Positions 25,755-36,026 of a stretch of 64,000 bases of DNA are shown piece by piece. The notes below the pieces were generated by a model, which worked only from the letters and a program-made list of their open reading frames with translations, ran no database searches and had not been told where the DNA came from. Numbering within the stretch: position 1 is the stretch's first letter; every line of letters begins with the position of its first letter. Position numbers and translations under genes: made by a program. Origin of the DNA: a virus. Where the stretch lies: IMG/VR virus record IMGVR_UViG_3300045988_120248, positions 32,001-96,000 of that record; one strand, 5' to 3'.

Positions 25755-27161
25755 ATGCCGCTGACGAAAATCAAAAGACCAGTTGCAACCGGTCAACTCA
25801 AGGTGCTTCAAAAGCTGAATCCGTATGAGTTTGGCGTTGAACTGTGGTTGATGCGTGAAGGGGTCAACCAGAACCGGTGGAATTATCAGAACTTGGAGAA
25901 ATACTACAAGACGTTCGTGGGACGGCCAATTCTGATTGCCTACGTCATGGGGAAAATCGGCGACGGTCACAACAGCCAACGCAAAACTGACCCAAGAACA
26001 GGTGAACAGTATAACTCCTATACGGATGGGACGGCGGAACGCATTGTTGGAACGCTGTCAGATGATGAACGTGATTTCTCCCTCCAAAAGAGGGATGGTC
26101 AGACTTGGATTGTGGCGCGTGGAAAACTCTTCGCTTTCTATGCAAAGGAAACCGTAGATGAAATCGTGCGAACAGGGCGCATGGATGTGTCTGTGGAAAC
26201 CTTGATAGACGAAAACCACATGGACGGAGATGTCGAAGTTGAGGATGTCTGGTCTGGGGTTGGCGTCACGATCTTAGGAGCGGGCGTTGCTCCGGCTATT
26301 CCGGGGGCCAACATCGCTCGACTTGCCGCATTGGATGAAGAATTTAAAACATTGAAACTCAAAGCGGCATCTTTGCAGAAGGCCCCGGATAAGAACAATG
26401 CCCCGGATAACGGGAGTCTATCACACAAAGGAGTGAAAGATTTGAAAACTTATAACAAAAGACAGCTTGCTGAACTGGCAGCGCGTTTTACGGATTATAA
26501 GGTTCTGGCGGCGGGCGAGAAGGACGGGAAAGTCTATGTTTGCCTGATGGCGAAGAATGGCGCGTACAAGTACTACGTCATTGAGAATTCCGCAGAAACC
26601 ATTGTACCTGAACGTTTCCAGAGCATGTCTGTCAATGCGTCCATGCAGGTGGGCGAAGACTGCATCACCATGGAGGCACAGGACTTCGTGGATATGGTCG
26701 TCGTGGAAAACACAGACCGTCTGAATGCAGCCGAAAGCAAGGTTAATTCTCTGAACAAGGAACTTGAAACTGCAAATGCACAGCTCGATGCCATGCGTGA
26801 GTTTGAAAACAAGCGTCGGCTGAATGCTGCCAAGGACAAGGCAAAGGCAACTCTCGCAAAGTTCAATGCGAACCGTGAGCAGAAGGTTGCTGAAAGTGCC
26901 ATCGACAACATTCTGACCGATATCGAAGCTGGCCTCTACACGAACAGCTGCGACAAGGACAAGAACTGGACTGGCGAAACCGAGGTTGCGAAGGCCGTCT
27001 ACGCGGTTTGCGGTGCAGCTGTCGAGAAGATGGATGCGGAAGCCGCTCAGAGAAACAGAACAGTTTACGCATGGGACAAGTTCAAGAACAACAGCGGCGA
27101 AGACGATGGTTCCATCAATGGGCTGCTTGCCAAGTGGGGCGTCGAAGCTGCATCGAAGTAA
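25755..27161 (+). CDS. Putative scaffold / prohead-maturation protein
   Basis: Globular N-terminal half, then a long coiled coil (LNAAESKVNSLNKELETANAQLDAMREFENKRRLNAAKDKAKA). It lies upstream of the capsid gene. Confidence 0.4.
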   Translation: MPLTKIKRPVATGQLKVLQKLNPYEFGVELWLMREGVNQNRWNYQNLEKYYKTFVGRPILIAYVMGKIGDGHNSQRKTDPRTGEQYNSYTDGTAERIVGTLSDDERDFSLQKRDGQTWIVARGKLFAFYAKETVDEIVRTGRMDVSVETLIDENHMDGDVEVEDVWSGVGVTILGAGVAPAIPGANIARLAALDEEFKTLKLKAASLQKAPDKNNAPDNGSLSHKGVKDLKTYNKRQLAELAARFTDYKVLAAGEKDGKVYVCLMAKNGAYKYYVIENSAETIVPERFQSMSVNASMQVGEDCITMEAQDFVDMVVVENTDRLNAAESKVNSLNKELETANAQLDAMREFENKRRLNAAKDKAKATLAKFNANREQKVAESAIDNILTDIEAGLYTNSCDKDKNWTGETEVAKAVYAVCGAAVEKMDAEAAQRNRTVYAWDKFKNNSGEDDGSINGLLAKWGVEAASK

Positions 27162-27178
27162 GAGAGGAGTGAACAGAA

Positions 27179-27760
27179 ATGTTTAATGCAAAAACTGCAT
27201 TTGAGGCCCGCGTGACGAACAACTCCCGCAATGACCTCATCAATGTTACCGGCAGATATCAGGCGTCCAGCGCGGATGCAGACTGTGATGCCGGCCGTCT
27301 GGTCATCCGAAATGGCCAGCTTCCGTGCGCCGGTTTTACCGGAGTGAAGAATGAGAATGCGTGGTACATGAACGACGCTACTTCCACCACTACAGCTGGT
27401 GATGTGGTATATGCCGCGAATACCTACGAAATCCAGCTTCTTCAGGGTAAGCATGGCAACATGTATGCCGTTGGCACGGAAACACTTGGCCTTGGCATTC
27501 CTGCCGGCCGCGACGGTACGTTTACCAAGATCGTCTTCGACGGCGACCATGCGTACCGCTTCGGCATTGGCAACGTCAATGCCGCACTGAGCACCAATCA
27601 ATTCTTCACCATTGATGCAGGCCAGTTGAAGCCCGCAGCTTCCGCCCCGACCGGCAATGGTGCGCTGTACTTCAAACTGCTTGGAACTGGCAACTTCACC
27701 GAAGGAACCACTTCCAGCTTCGAGTACGTTGACGTGCAGGCCTTCACGGTCTACGCATAA
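27179..27760 (+). CDS. Hypothetical head protein (possible decoration/auxiliary capsid protein)
   Basis: 193 aa between the scaffold-like and capsid genes, with a strong RBS. Confidence 0.3.
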   Translation: MFNAKTAFEARVTNNSRNDLINVTGRYQASSADADCDAGRLVIRNGQLPCAGFTGVKNENAWYMNDATSTTTAGDVVYAANTYEIQLLQGKHGNMYAVGTETLGLGIPAGRDGTFTKIVFDGDHAYRFGIGNVNAALSTNQFFTIDAGQLKPAASAPTGNGALYFKLLGTGNFTEGTTSSFEYVDVQAFTVYA

Positions 27761-27777
27761 GGAAGGAGTGAATATCA

Positions 27778-29007
27778 ATGCCGAGAATCAATCTTAACAG
27801 CGTTTCTGCTGATGTTTTCCGCGTGAATGCTTCCACTGGAGAAGCCCAGCGTGCGGATATCGTCTCCAAGGGCCGTGTCCTCTTCTATGAGCACGCTCTT
27901 ACGGGCAAGGAAGCGATGCTGGCCGTCAACGGCCTTCAGTCCACTGGCATTTCCCATATGCTGTCCGCGAACGGCTACAAGGATCTGAACGAGAAATTCC
28001 AGCGCGAACAGCTTATGTATGCGGCAAAGATTTGCTGCGCACAGACTGGTGAGACTGCTCCTGCGGACTTTGAGTCCTTCAAGAGAAACGGTCAGCTCTT
28101 TTATGGCAATGCCGCTTTCTATCGTGTCCTTCAGGGCATTTGGCAGGAAGTCGTTTATCCGATTCTTCCCAATGTATTCTCCGAAGCCGTCGATTTCTTT
28201 GCAGAAACCGTTCAGGTCGGCTTTGGCGAGACTCATACAATCTCCATCGGATCTAACGACATTCCCATCTTCCAGGATTCTTCTTGGGGTGCATCCAGAA
28301 GCGTTCCTCGCAACCGCTTCTACAGCAAGGATTACACGCTGAATCCGCAGCCGAAGACCGCTCAGATCACCGCAAAGTGGCATCAACTTGTCGGTAACAA
28401 CACCGACTTCGGCGCGTTCTTTGCGAACCTCGTTGCTGGCATGTATGCGAAGGTTATGGGCATGTGGAACCAGTCTATGACTCTGGCTGCGGCCGACACT
28501 ACGCTCATCCCCACGAACCTGAACCAGACGTTCACCAACCAGAACTGGATTTCTCTGGCGAACAAGCTGTCTACCGTCAACAACGTCGGTCTGCGCACCA
28601 TCATCGCTACCGGTTCTCCGGTCGCTCTGAGCAAGGTTCTGCCGACGCAGGCTACCGGCTCCACCAACGTCAACATGGACGCCGCTCTTGCGATGCTCCT
28701 CGGCACTCAGTACAACAGCACCGGTATGCTGGGTGAGTTCCTTGGCGTTCGCCTGATGCCGCTCCGTGACGCTGCGAGCCCGTTGAAGCTGAACACCGAG
28801 CCGACGACCATCCTGTCTGCAAACGACATTTGGATGCTGTCTGCTGCCGGCCGTAAGCCTCTGACCATTGCTTACAACGCCGAAACGCCCATTACCATCG
28901 AAATCGACCCGACTCGCACGGCCGACTTCGAGATGGGCATCAACCTCACGACCGCTCTTGATTCGGTTGCAACGTTCTCCAGTAAGGTCGGACACGTGAC
29001 TGTTTGA
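27778..29007 (+). CDS. Major capsid protein (by size, position and composition)
   Basis: 409 aa after the scaffold-like gene, with a strong RBS (AAGGAAGGAG). A structured non-coding gap follows. Confidence 0.6.
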   Translation: MPRINLNSVSADVFRVNASTGEAQRADIVSKGRVLFYEHALTGKEAMLAVNGLQSTGISHMLSANGYKDLNEKFQREQLMYAAKICCAQTGETAPADFESFKRNGQLFYGNAAFYRVLQGIWQEVVYPILPNVFSEAVDFFAETVQVGFGETHTISIGSNDIPIFQDSSWGASRSVPRNRFYSKDYTLNPQPKTAQITAKWHQLVGNNTDFGAFFANLVAGMYAKVMGMWNQSMTLAAADTTLIPTNLNQTFTNQNWISLANKLSTVNNVGLRTIIATGSPVALSKVLPTQATGSTNVNMDAALAMLLGTQYNSTGMLGEFLGVRLMPLRDAASPLKLNTEPTTILSANDIWMLSAAGRKPLTIAYNAETPITIEIDPTRTADFEMGINLTTALDSVATFSSKVGHVTV

Positions 29008-29149
29008 CCTCTCCTCGCGGGGCGGGTTTTACCTCCAGCCCGTCCCGCACCATATGGCTCTGCATGGTGCTGCGAGAGACGGTTCGAGTCCGGACGGAGC
29101 CAACATACGTGGAGGAAAATAGCCATTAAATCTGGAAGGAGTGTGCGAC

Positions 29150-30046
29150 ATGGCTGAAAACAAGAACACTGGAAAGAAACCCGGAAGACCGAAGAAAACG
29201 CCTGTGGCGGAGGAAGTCAAGGAAGAAGATGTTTTCTTTGATGTTCCGGAAGAAGATCATACCGCGAATACTGCTGAAAAGGCAGAAACGGGCAAAGAAA
29301 ATATCCTGTCTGTCAATGCAGATGATGTGACAGGAATCCGATACGACGGAAGCGAAGTCCCGCTGACGGAAGTTGCGCCTGAATTGGCGGGTGAAACCGT
29401 TGAAGTTCACAAGGAAACGAACAATCAGGCAGAACCGACGTTCACGATGGCAGATGTGCAGAAGATGGTAGCCGATGCGGTTGCCAAGGCGGTTGCAAAT
29501 GTACAGCCGCAGACACCTGTGACTCCGCAGATTATTCAGGTAGCAAATGACTCCGAAATGGTGCATTTCCTCTGGGAAGCTCCTGTTGCGGACGATAACG
29601 TCGTATTCTTCGGAGAAGGCGGCATCTTCGGTCAGATCGTAGGCAAGAGTGGGAGTTTCTATGTGCCGCACCGTGATCTCTCCCGCGTTCTGACGGACGT
29701 GAACCGTGTCTTTATGGCGCGCAGATGGCTGATCGTTGTGTCCGGACTGAGTGACGATGAGCGCGAGGCACTTGGCGTCAACTATAAGGATGGCGAAATC
29801 CTTGACAAGAGAGTATTCGCAAGGATGGCGGAATACAGCGATGAAATGCTGTCGCTTTACCCGAAGCTTTGCGAAGGCCACAAGAAGATGGTCGCGCAGA
29901 CCTATGCGGAAGAATACGCGCTGGGCAATCCCAACATCACGCGAGAAATCGTCGTAAAACTGAACGAAATGAGCAAGACCCCGAAGAACCAGAGGGGTGA
30001 CTTCATCTCCATTATCGAAGAAATGAACGCGCGGGACGCGCAGTAA
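29150..30046 (+). CDS. Hypothetical structural protein
   Basis: GGAAGGAG lies 8 nt before ATG 29150. The N-terminal third is low-complexity and basic/acidic. Confidence 0.45.
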   Translation: MAENKNTGKKPGRPKKTPVAEEVKEEDVFFDVPEEDHTANTAEKAETGKENILSVNADDVTGIRYDGSEVPLTEVAPELAGETVEVHKETNNQAEPTFTMADVQKMVADAVAKAVANVQPQTPVTPQIIQVANDSEMVHFLWEAPVADDNVVFFGEGGIFGQIVGKSGSFYVPHRDLSRVLTDVNRVFMARRWLIVVSGLSDDEREALGVNYKDGEILDKRVFARMAEYSDEMLSLYPKLCEGHKKMVAQTYAEEYALGNPNITREIVVKLNEMSKTPKNQRGDFISIIEEMNARDAQ

Positions 30047-30087
30047 ACATTGCGCCGCAAGCGGGCGCAGGAAAGAGGTATTGAAAC

Positions 30088-31083
30088 ATGAGTAGTCCTG
30101 TCTATAGTGAGTTTTCCTTTGCGCCTGCGTCCGCATACGCGGCAAGCAAAAACGTTCTGCCGACGATTCGGACGGCAGTTGAAACCAACTTCAGCGACCA
30201 TCTTTGGAATGGTTCGGAAGCGGAAATCCTCGGCGTCGAGATGACAGCCGCCGCATCTTTCACGGTGAAACTGAACCGCGAAACGCAGCTGACAGCAAAG
30301 CCGGAAGGCGATGTATTTACTGTCCGGTATTATGGCCCGATTGAATATATCGTATTCAGTGCAGCTACAACACTTACCTATATGCACGTCAGATGGGCGG
30401 CGCAGAACAGGGTGCATGGAGTTGTTACGCTTACCGCTGTCACCGGCGCAAAAGTATCTCGTGGCGGTTATACAGTTCCAGAATCCGATGCTGGAAAGTA
30501 TGAGCTGCAAGTCGGGGGCTATATCGTTACGGCAAACGGAGTAAACAGCGGATTCTTCTATAATCTCGAAAATGCAGTTACGGTCAAGACCAGCATTGAG
30601 AGCGCAACTATTGTGGTGAGCGCGGCGCTTACCTATACGGGAAGCGAACAAACCAAAACGGTTACAAGCGTGACGCTCGGTGGAACAGAGCTTACGGCTG
30701 AAACGGATTACACCGTATCGGACAACAAAGGTACGAACGCCGGAGCATATTCCCTCCGAATTGACGGAATCGGAAACTATAAGGGAACCATCATTGTTCC
30801 GTGGACGATTGCAAAGGCCAGTGCTGGATTGAGCGTCAGTCCAGAAGCAATCGAAATGTCCGCTGGTGCAACCGAAACATTTACGATTACGACTGCATCA
30901 AATAGTCAGCTTACCATCGAAAACAGCAACCCTTCTGCGGTAGCAATCAGCCCAGTTGTGAACAATACCACCGTCACCATAGAGGGACTGAATGCAGGTG
31001 ATGCGGTTCTGTCTATCGTGCAGGAAGAAAACGACAACTATCTGGCAGGACAGGCGCAATGCACTGTTACTGTCAAGGCTTAA
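30088..31083 (+). CDS. Ig-like (Big_2-type) domain structural protein
   Basis: C-terminal SVSPEAIEMSAGATETFTITT...VTIEGLNAGDAVLSIV...CTVTVKA is a typical bacterial Ig-like repeat. Confidence 0.55.
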   Translation: MSSPVYSEFSFAPASAYAASKNVLPTIRTAVETNFSDHLWNGSEAEILGVEMTAAASFTVKLNRETQLTAKPEGDVFTVRYYGPIEYIVFSAATTLTYMHVRWAAQNRVHGVVTLTAVTGAKVSRGGYTVPESDAGKYELQVGGYIVTANGVNSGFFYNLENAVTVKTSIESATIVVSAALTYTGSEQTKTVTSVTLGGTELTAETDYTVSDNKGTNAGAYSLRIDGIGNYKGTIIVPWTIAKASAGLSVSPEAIEMSAGATETFTITTASNSQLTIENSNPSAVAISPVVNNTTVTIEGLNAGDAVLSIVQEENDNYLAGQAQCTVTVKA

Positions 31084-31107
31084 TATAGGAAAGGCGGCGG
31101 TCGAACC

Positions 31108-31257
31108 ATGGACAGCAAGGAAAGAATTGAGGCTCTATGCGGCATCATCGAATCTCTTCTGCTTCTGATTGAGGATGAGGCTGCCGCCGATTGTATCCGG
31201 GAGGAATACCAAAATACTATGAACGATTCTTCCTATGAAAAGGAGGAATGGGACTAA
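31108..31257 (+). CDS. Small acidic protein
   Basis: 49-codon ORF read by hand (MDSKERIEALCGIIESLLLLIEDE...). Its TAA overlaps the next ATG. Confidence 0.3.
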   Translation: MDSKERIEALCGIIESLLLLIEDEAAADCIREEYQNTMNDSSYEKEEWD

Positions 31258-31970
31258 TGGGAACCTCTTGGAGCGATATCATTACAAATCACGCCATGGT
31301 TATTATCGGCGATGACCGAATGACAGATGACCTGAGAACAGACGCAGCACTGTTTTTCCGACGTATGAGCGCATGGGTGAAAATGGCAATCCCTATGTTG
31401 AAAAGCCCGCCCGAACTGCTTGTGTTCCTGACAGAAGGACTTGAAGAACCACAGTATTCCGATTTCGATTGGACAAGCGAACAGAACAGTACAACGCAGG
31501 AAACAACGATTCAGACAGGAAAAGTTGGATATGAACTTTGCAGCTGCGTAAGTGTGCAGTACGCACGAAACGGGGATGCTTCATTTGTTCCATATACAGA
31601 TTTTACCTACGACTCCGAAACGGGAAATGTAACATTTCCACAGCAGGACAACGCAGGTATCGAATATCGTTTAGACTTCTATACAGACGGCCATTTTTAT
31701 CACGAACTTACGCTCAAACAGAAACGTCTATTGGGATTGGCCGTCGCGGTGACATGGGATAACCGCTTTAACCGTGAATGGCTGAACATCCAGCCGAAAA
31801 TAAAGGACAAGAGTTTTAATACACCGAACGAAAACACCACTATGAAGGAATCGACGGCTCGGTACAAGGAAAATTTGCAGTTATTCTACGATGAACTGCG
31901 TGGATATGAGCAGGAATGCGCGTATATGCGCCAGGTAAATCCAATGCGGCGTGTGTTCACGCTGCTCTAA
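31257..31970 (+). CDS. Hypothetical head-tail joining region protein
   Basis: AAAGGAGGA lies about 10 nt before ATG 31257. The ORF track lists it from 31248. Confidence 0.4.
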   Translation: MGTSWSDIITNHAMVIIGDDRMTDDLRTDAALFFRRMSAWVKMAIPMLKSPPELLVFLTEGLEEPQYSDFDWTSEQNSTTQETTIQTGKVGYELCSCVSVQYARNGDASFVPYTDFTYDSETGNVTFPQQDNAGIEYRLDFYTDGHFYHELTLKQKRLLGLAVAVTWDNRFNREWLNIQPKIKDKSFNTPNENTTMKESTARYKENLQLFYDELRGYEQECAYMRQVNPMRRVFTLL

Positions 31971-31997
31971 GAAGCATTCGAAAGGGGGCTGGACAGC

Positions 31998-33317
31998 ATG
32001 CCGCTCTCGGACAATATCAAAAACGGCCTGATTGCTTCCGGCCGCCTGAAAACAGCAATCAGAAATGCACCTGCGCAATATGGTGACCGGCAGAGGCAGT
32101 ACCTTGGAGATCCCAGCACAGAGTTTGTTCATCAATATGCAAAGTATGCAACGGATTTCATAAAAGCACGTGTGCAGGGCCTGAACCAAGATGCTCCATA
32201 TGAATGGGAAACCACATATATTCGTATGGCGGACATAGCGCCTGAGACTGCCTCCACGCTTCGGAAACAGGATGATTACAAGAGCGTCATGTTTGCGGAT
32301 GAAAGCATTGAATATGTGCCAGAAGGTACAAAAATTGATGCAATGGGCAGTATTTGGCTGGTCACAAATCCACAGAACATATCCAATGCTGTTGGCGGCG
32401 GCGTGATACAGAGGTGTAGGTCGACTTGGAATCATCTGGACTGGTACGGCAATCTCCTAAAAGAGCCGATTTGCGTCGAGAAGGCGATCTTAACTGCAAA
32501 CGAAAGTGATATGCAGGAATATGCGCTTATCACGAAGGGCTATGTCAACATTACGTGCCAGCGTAACGAAGAAACGAAAAAACTGAACACAAACAGCAGA
32601 ATCATCTTGGGGTCTGCGGCATACCACATTACCGGTTTCGGCGATTACGCGCAGGAATTTACCGGAGATTATGAATCAGTCCGGCTGCTTGAATTCACGG
32701 CTAGATATGAACCACCAAACGAAGAAATTGACGACATGGAAAACCATGTGGCAGGCGGAAAGACGTTTTCGTGGGAAATCCGAGTAAGCGGGAACCCTAT
32801 TATAAAAAGCGGCGCTACGGGCCAGTTGGAGGCCATCAGCCTTAGAATGGGCGAGAAAGCAGACAGCGACTATGACCATCCGATCAGCTACATATGGGAG
32901 AGCAGCGACAGCAATATTGCGGATGTTGGCATGGACGGAAGCATTTTTGGCGTTTCAGAAGGGACTTGCACTGTGACTTGCACATTGGAACAGAACCGCA
33001 GCATCAGCGAGACATATGAAATAACGGTCGTTCCGGCGGAAAGCGGAAACGAAGTGGCGTTCCTCGGAAATATCCCGGACAAGATTCGCCCGTATGAGTC
33101 TGTTACGCTGGATGCAGCTTACTTCGAAAACGGCGAAGAACGGCTGGACAAAATAACGTTCTCTTATTCAGGTGCGGATATAATGTCGTATACTGCGACG
33201 GAAGCAGGGAACAGCACGCAAATTACTTGCTGGTCTGCAAGCGATGCGCCGTTGAAGGTAACAGCGTCGTTTGGAGAATATGCAGCAAGCGTAGAAATCG
33301 GCTTGGAGGGCATTTGA
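31998..33317 (+). CDS. Structural protein with C-terminal Ig-like domains
   Basis: ISYIWESSDSNIADVGMDGSIFGVSEGTCTVTCTL and a second similar repeat. Confidence 0.5.
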   Translation: MPLSDNIKNGLIASGRLKTAIRNAPAQYGDRQRQYLGDPSTEFVHQYAKYATDFIKARVQGLNQDAPYEWETTYIRMADIAPETASTLRKQDDYKSVMFADESIEYVPEGTKIDAMGSIWLVTNPQNISNAVGGGVIQRCRSTWNHLDWYGNLLKEPICVEKAILTANESDMQEYALITKGYVNITCQRNEETKKLNTNSRIILGSAAYHITGFGDYAQEFTGDYESVRLLEFTARYEPPNEEIDDMENHVAGGKTFSWEIRVSGNPIIKSGATGQLEAISLRMGEKADSDYDHPISYIWESSDSNIADVGMDGSIFGVSEGTCTVTCTLEQNRSISETYEITVVPAESGNEVAFLGNIPDKIRPYESVTLDAAYFENGEERLDKITFSYSGADIMSYTATEAGNSTQITCWSASDAPLKVTASFGEYAASVEIGLEGI

Positions 33318-33318
33318 C

Positions 33319-34023
33319 ATGGCAATTTCAATTATGCAGGGCGACAGCTACTCCATGCCGTTTGTTCTGCGAATGCTGGATGGTACGCTCATTACAGAGG
33401 ATATGGTGGAAATTGTAGTTCTGAACCTCGGGAAACTGTCCAGACAGTATCCGGGCGATGTTACGTACAAGAGCGGGAAATGGCTGTTTCCAGTTGAGCA
33501 GGAACAATCTTTTTCGATGAGCGGGTGTGTCGAGCCACAGGCCAGAATACAGTTCAAGGGTGGGAATATTTTTGGCGGCATCGGCCGTCAAATCCGAATC
33601 CTGACAGCTGCAAACCGTGGCATTCTGATCGATGCGGATTCATCGGGCGGCACAGTCACGGATGATATTCCGGTTGAAATCGGCGCGGTAAATGGGAACA
33701 TTAGTGTAACGGTAATGGCGGCGGGCGTAAATGCCGCATTGGGTGCAGTCCGATACGATGTAGAACAAAACCTTACGCCGGAAGAGCAGCAGCGCGCACG
33801 CGCAAATATCGGCGTTGGTGCAGGCGATGATCTCCACTACGCATTTACGCAAAATGTAGCGTCCGATTTGTGGATGATACAGCATAACCTTGGCAAATAC
33901 CCGTCTGTATCAGTTGCAGACAGCGCGGGTACGGAAGTTGTGGGGGATGTGCAGTATATCGACAAGAATAAATTGTCTATCGCATTCACTGCGCCATTCT
34001 CTGGAAAAGCATATCTCAACTGA
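33319..34023 (+). CDS. Hypothetical structural protein
   Basis: Contains EEQQRARANIGVGAG, a motif shared with the fibre-like protein at 56865. Confidence 0.4.
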   Translation: MAISIMQGDSYSMPFVLRMLDGTLITEDMVEIVVLNLGKLSRQYPGDVTYKSGKWLFPVEQEQSFSMSGCVEPQARIQFKGGNIFGGIGRQIRILTAANRGILIDADSSGGTVTDDIPVEIGAVNGNISVTVMAAGVNAALGAVRYDVEQNLTPEEQQRARANIGVGAGDDLHYAFTQNVASDLWMIQHNLGKYPSVSVADSAGTEVVGDVQYIDKNKLSIAFTAPFSGKAYLN

Positions 34024-34052
34024 CCAGCAGACGGAAAGAGAGGAAATTTACG

Positions 34053-35585
34053 ATGAGTAGAAGTGTTCTTACAAACCTTGACCTCAATAAAAATGAAATT
34101 CAGAATGCGGTGCTTCAGCCGCTGGCTGCGGCTCCTGCGAACCCGAAGCAATTCCAAATCTATACGAATTCTCAGGATAAGATCATTTATCAGTATGACG
34201 GTGAGAACTGGAACCCGGTAGGTGTTGTTTACAATCAGGCTGGCAGTACCGGCGCGGTCATTGTCGGCCTTGGTTCAAACGGCACTGTTACTACCAAGAA
34301 GATCGTTGAGCTCACGCTGAATGATTATCAGCCGGTCGAAGGCGGCTATATTGCAGATGGCGATACGCTTCAGAAAGCATTTGCGGCGCTTGATACCGCT
34401 GTTAAGAACGCTGTAGCTGGCGGCGGTGAAGTCAACCAGAACGCGTTTTCTAATGTGACCGTTCCGACGCAGAGCACGAACGATACCGCCGAAGTTGCTG
34501 GGCAGAATGAAGCCGTGACGGTTTCTGCAACCAGCAAGACCGATACGTTCTCTCTTGCCTCCGGTGATAAGTGGATTCATGTCAACGGTGACGGCACGAC
34601 CAAAATTATCACACTCGGCCATGTGTTCAGCGGAGCAACTGCCGGTCAGTATGGTGACGCAACGCACACTGTTTCCATCACTGTTGACAAGGCCGGCCAT
34701 ATCACGGCGGCAGAAGTCGTTGAAATCGTTGGCGCACAGTACATTTCCGGCCTTACATCCGATGCACAGGCACAGCTTAATGCCAAGATTCCCGCATCTG
34801 AGAAAGGCCAGCCGAACGGCGTCGCAACCCTCGGCGCAGATGGACTTGTTCCATCTGGGCAGCTCCCCAGCTATGTGGACGATGTTGTTGAGGCATACAT
34901 CGTCGGTAGCACGCCTAGAGCAGCTGACTGGCTTTCCACCACAGAAGGCGGTGCTCCTCTGACACCGGAAACCGGCAAGATCTACATCGTCATGACGGAA
35001 GGCAGCTACCAGAACAAGCAGTACCGCTGGGGCGGCACAGTCTATGTTCTCTGTAACCCTTCGGACGTCAATTCTGTCAACGGCAAAACCGGTGTTGTTG
35101 TGCTGACGCAGGATGATATCGGCGAGGGAGAAACCTATACGCAATTCAGCAAGACCAATAAGACAAAACTTGATTCTGTTGCTGAAGGTGCAACTAAGAA
35201 TACCATCACGCAGAACGGAACAGAGGTTGCGAACCCAACATTCTACGCCCCCACGACCGGAGGCGAGACTGGGCAGGTTCTGACTTCCAACGGCGAAGGT
35301 CAGGCTCCTACATGGCAGGCTGCTCCGGAAAATCTGCACAAGTATTCCATCACGAACCCGGTGCTTTCCGCTTCCGGCGGTGCATTCACATGGCAGATCG
35401 CTGCGCAGGCGAACGGCCCCCAGACCCCGATGCTGGTACAGGTGTATGATACGGCTACAAACGCAATGGTTTTGACTGACGTAGAAATCGGTGCTGACAA
35501 CAGCATTACAATCACCATTAACCAGACCGACGCAAGCGTGACTTCTCTGAGCGCTGGAGCGTATCGTGCTGTCGCAATCGGCTGA
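34053..35585 (+). CDS. Fibre-like protein
   Basis: The N-terminus LTNLDLNKNEIQNAVLQPLAAAPANPKQFQIY is typical of phage fibre/appendage proteins. It has T/G/S-rich repeats including SVNGKTGVVVLTQDDIGEG. Confidence 0.55.
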   Translation: MSRSVLTNLDLNKNEIQNAVLQPLAAAPANPKQFQIYTNSQDKIIYQYDGENWNPVGVVYNQAGSTGAVIVGLGSNGTVTTKKIVELTLNDYQPVEGGYIADGDTLQKAFAALDTAVKNAVAGGGEVNQNAFSNVTVPTQSTNDTAEVAGQNEAVTVSATSKTDTFSLASGDKWIHVNGDGTTKIITLGHVFSGATAGQYGDATHTVSITVDKAGHITAAEVVEIVGAQYISGLTSDAQAQLNAKIPASEKGQPNGVATLGADGLVPSGQLPSYVDDVVEAYIVGSTPRAADWLSTTEGGAPLTPETGKIYIVMTEGSYQNKQYRWGGTVYVLCNPSDVNSVNGKTGVVVLTQDDIGEGETYTQFSKTNKTKLDSVAEGATKNTITQNGTEVANPTFYAPTTGGETGQVLTSNGEGQAPTWQAAPENLHKYSITNPVLSASGGAFTWQIAAQANGPQTPMLVQVYDTATNAMVLTDVEIGADNSITITINQTDASVTSLSAGAYRAVAIG

Positions 35586-35639
35586 TGAAAGCAACGCCTC
35601 CCGCGTGAAACATCGTGGGAGGCTAACTTGGAGGTATCT

Positions 35640-36026
35640 ATGAAAAATTTAAGTCGATACGATGAATCCTTGTCTGTTCCTCGCAAGGAAGATGTGGATG
35701 CCAAACAAGATACGATCAATGTAATCGGTGTCCTCCACGGAGACGGATCGGGCGGTATCTCTGCCGCCGAGACCACGCAGGCGGAGACGATTCCGATTCC
35801 GGCGGGTATCCTGAAGGGCACGGCGTCCGGCGGCATCACAGCAGCGGAAGCGGGCACGGATTATCTGACGGAAGCGCCCGTCACGTCTGTCAACGGCGAG
35901 ACGGGCGCCGTCACAGTCCGTGAGGTGCCTGCCGTGACGGCATCCGACAACGGTAAATTCCTGCGTGTGGTAGGCGGCGTGTGGGCAGCCGTCTCAATTT
36001 CTGATGCGAATGGAGGGAGCTTCTGA
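35640..36026 (+). CDS. Small fibre-associated protein
   Basis: VTSVNGETGAVTV repeat and a C-terminus DNGKFLRVVGGVWAAVSISDANGGSF, which is shared with the 56865 product. Confidence 0.45.
   Translation: MKNLSRYDESLSVPRKEDVDAKQDTINVIGVLHGDGSGGISAAETTQAETIPIPAGILKGTASGGITAAEAGTDYLTEAPVTSVNGETGAVTVREVPAVTASDNGKFLRVVGGVWAAVSISDANGGSF

Noticed and set aside
27775-28995. Long antisense ORFs opposite late genes (27775..28995 of 406 aa, 29126..30145, 34275..35594 of 439 aa, 40480..41925 of 481 aa, 43046..44038 and others)
   Set aside because: All lie opposite well-supported plus-strand structural genes. They are Arg/Gly/Ser-rich and lack RBSs, so they are typical shadow ORFs of G+C-rich coding DNA.
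29078-29112. A tRNA gene after the capsid gene, suggested by GGTTCGAGTCC
   Set aside because: The T stem would have only 3 bp, there is no acceptor pairing, and the putative anticodon arm has a 10-nt loop. It cannot be folded into a cloverleaf.
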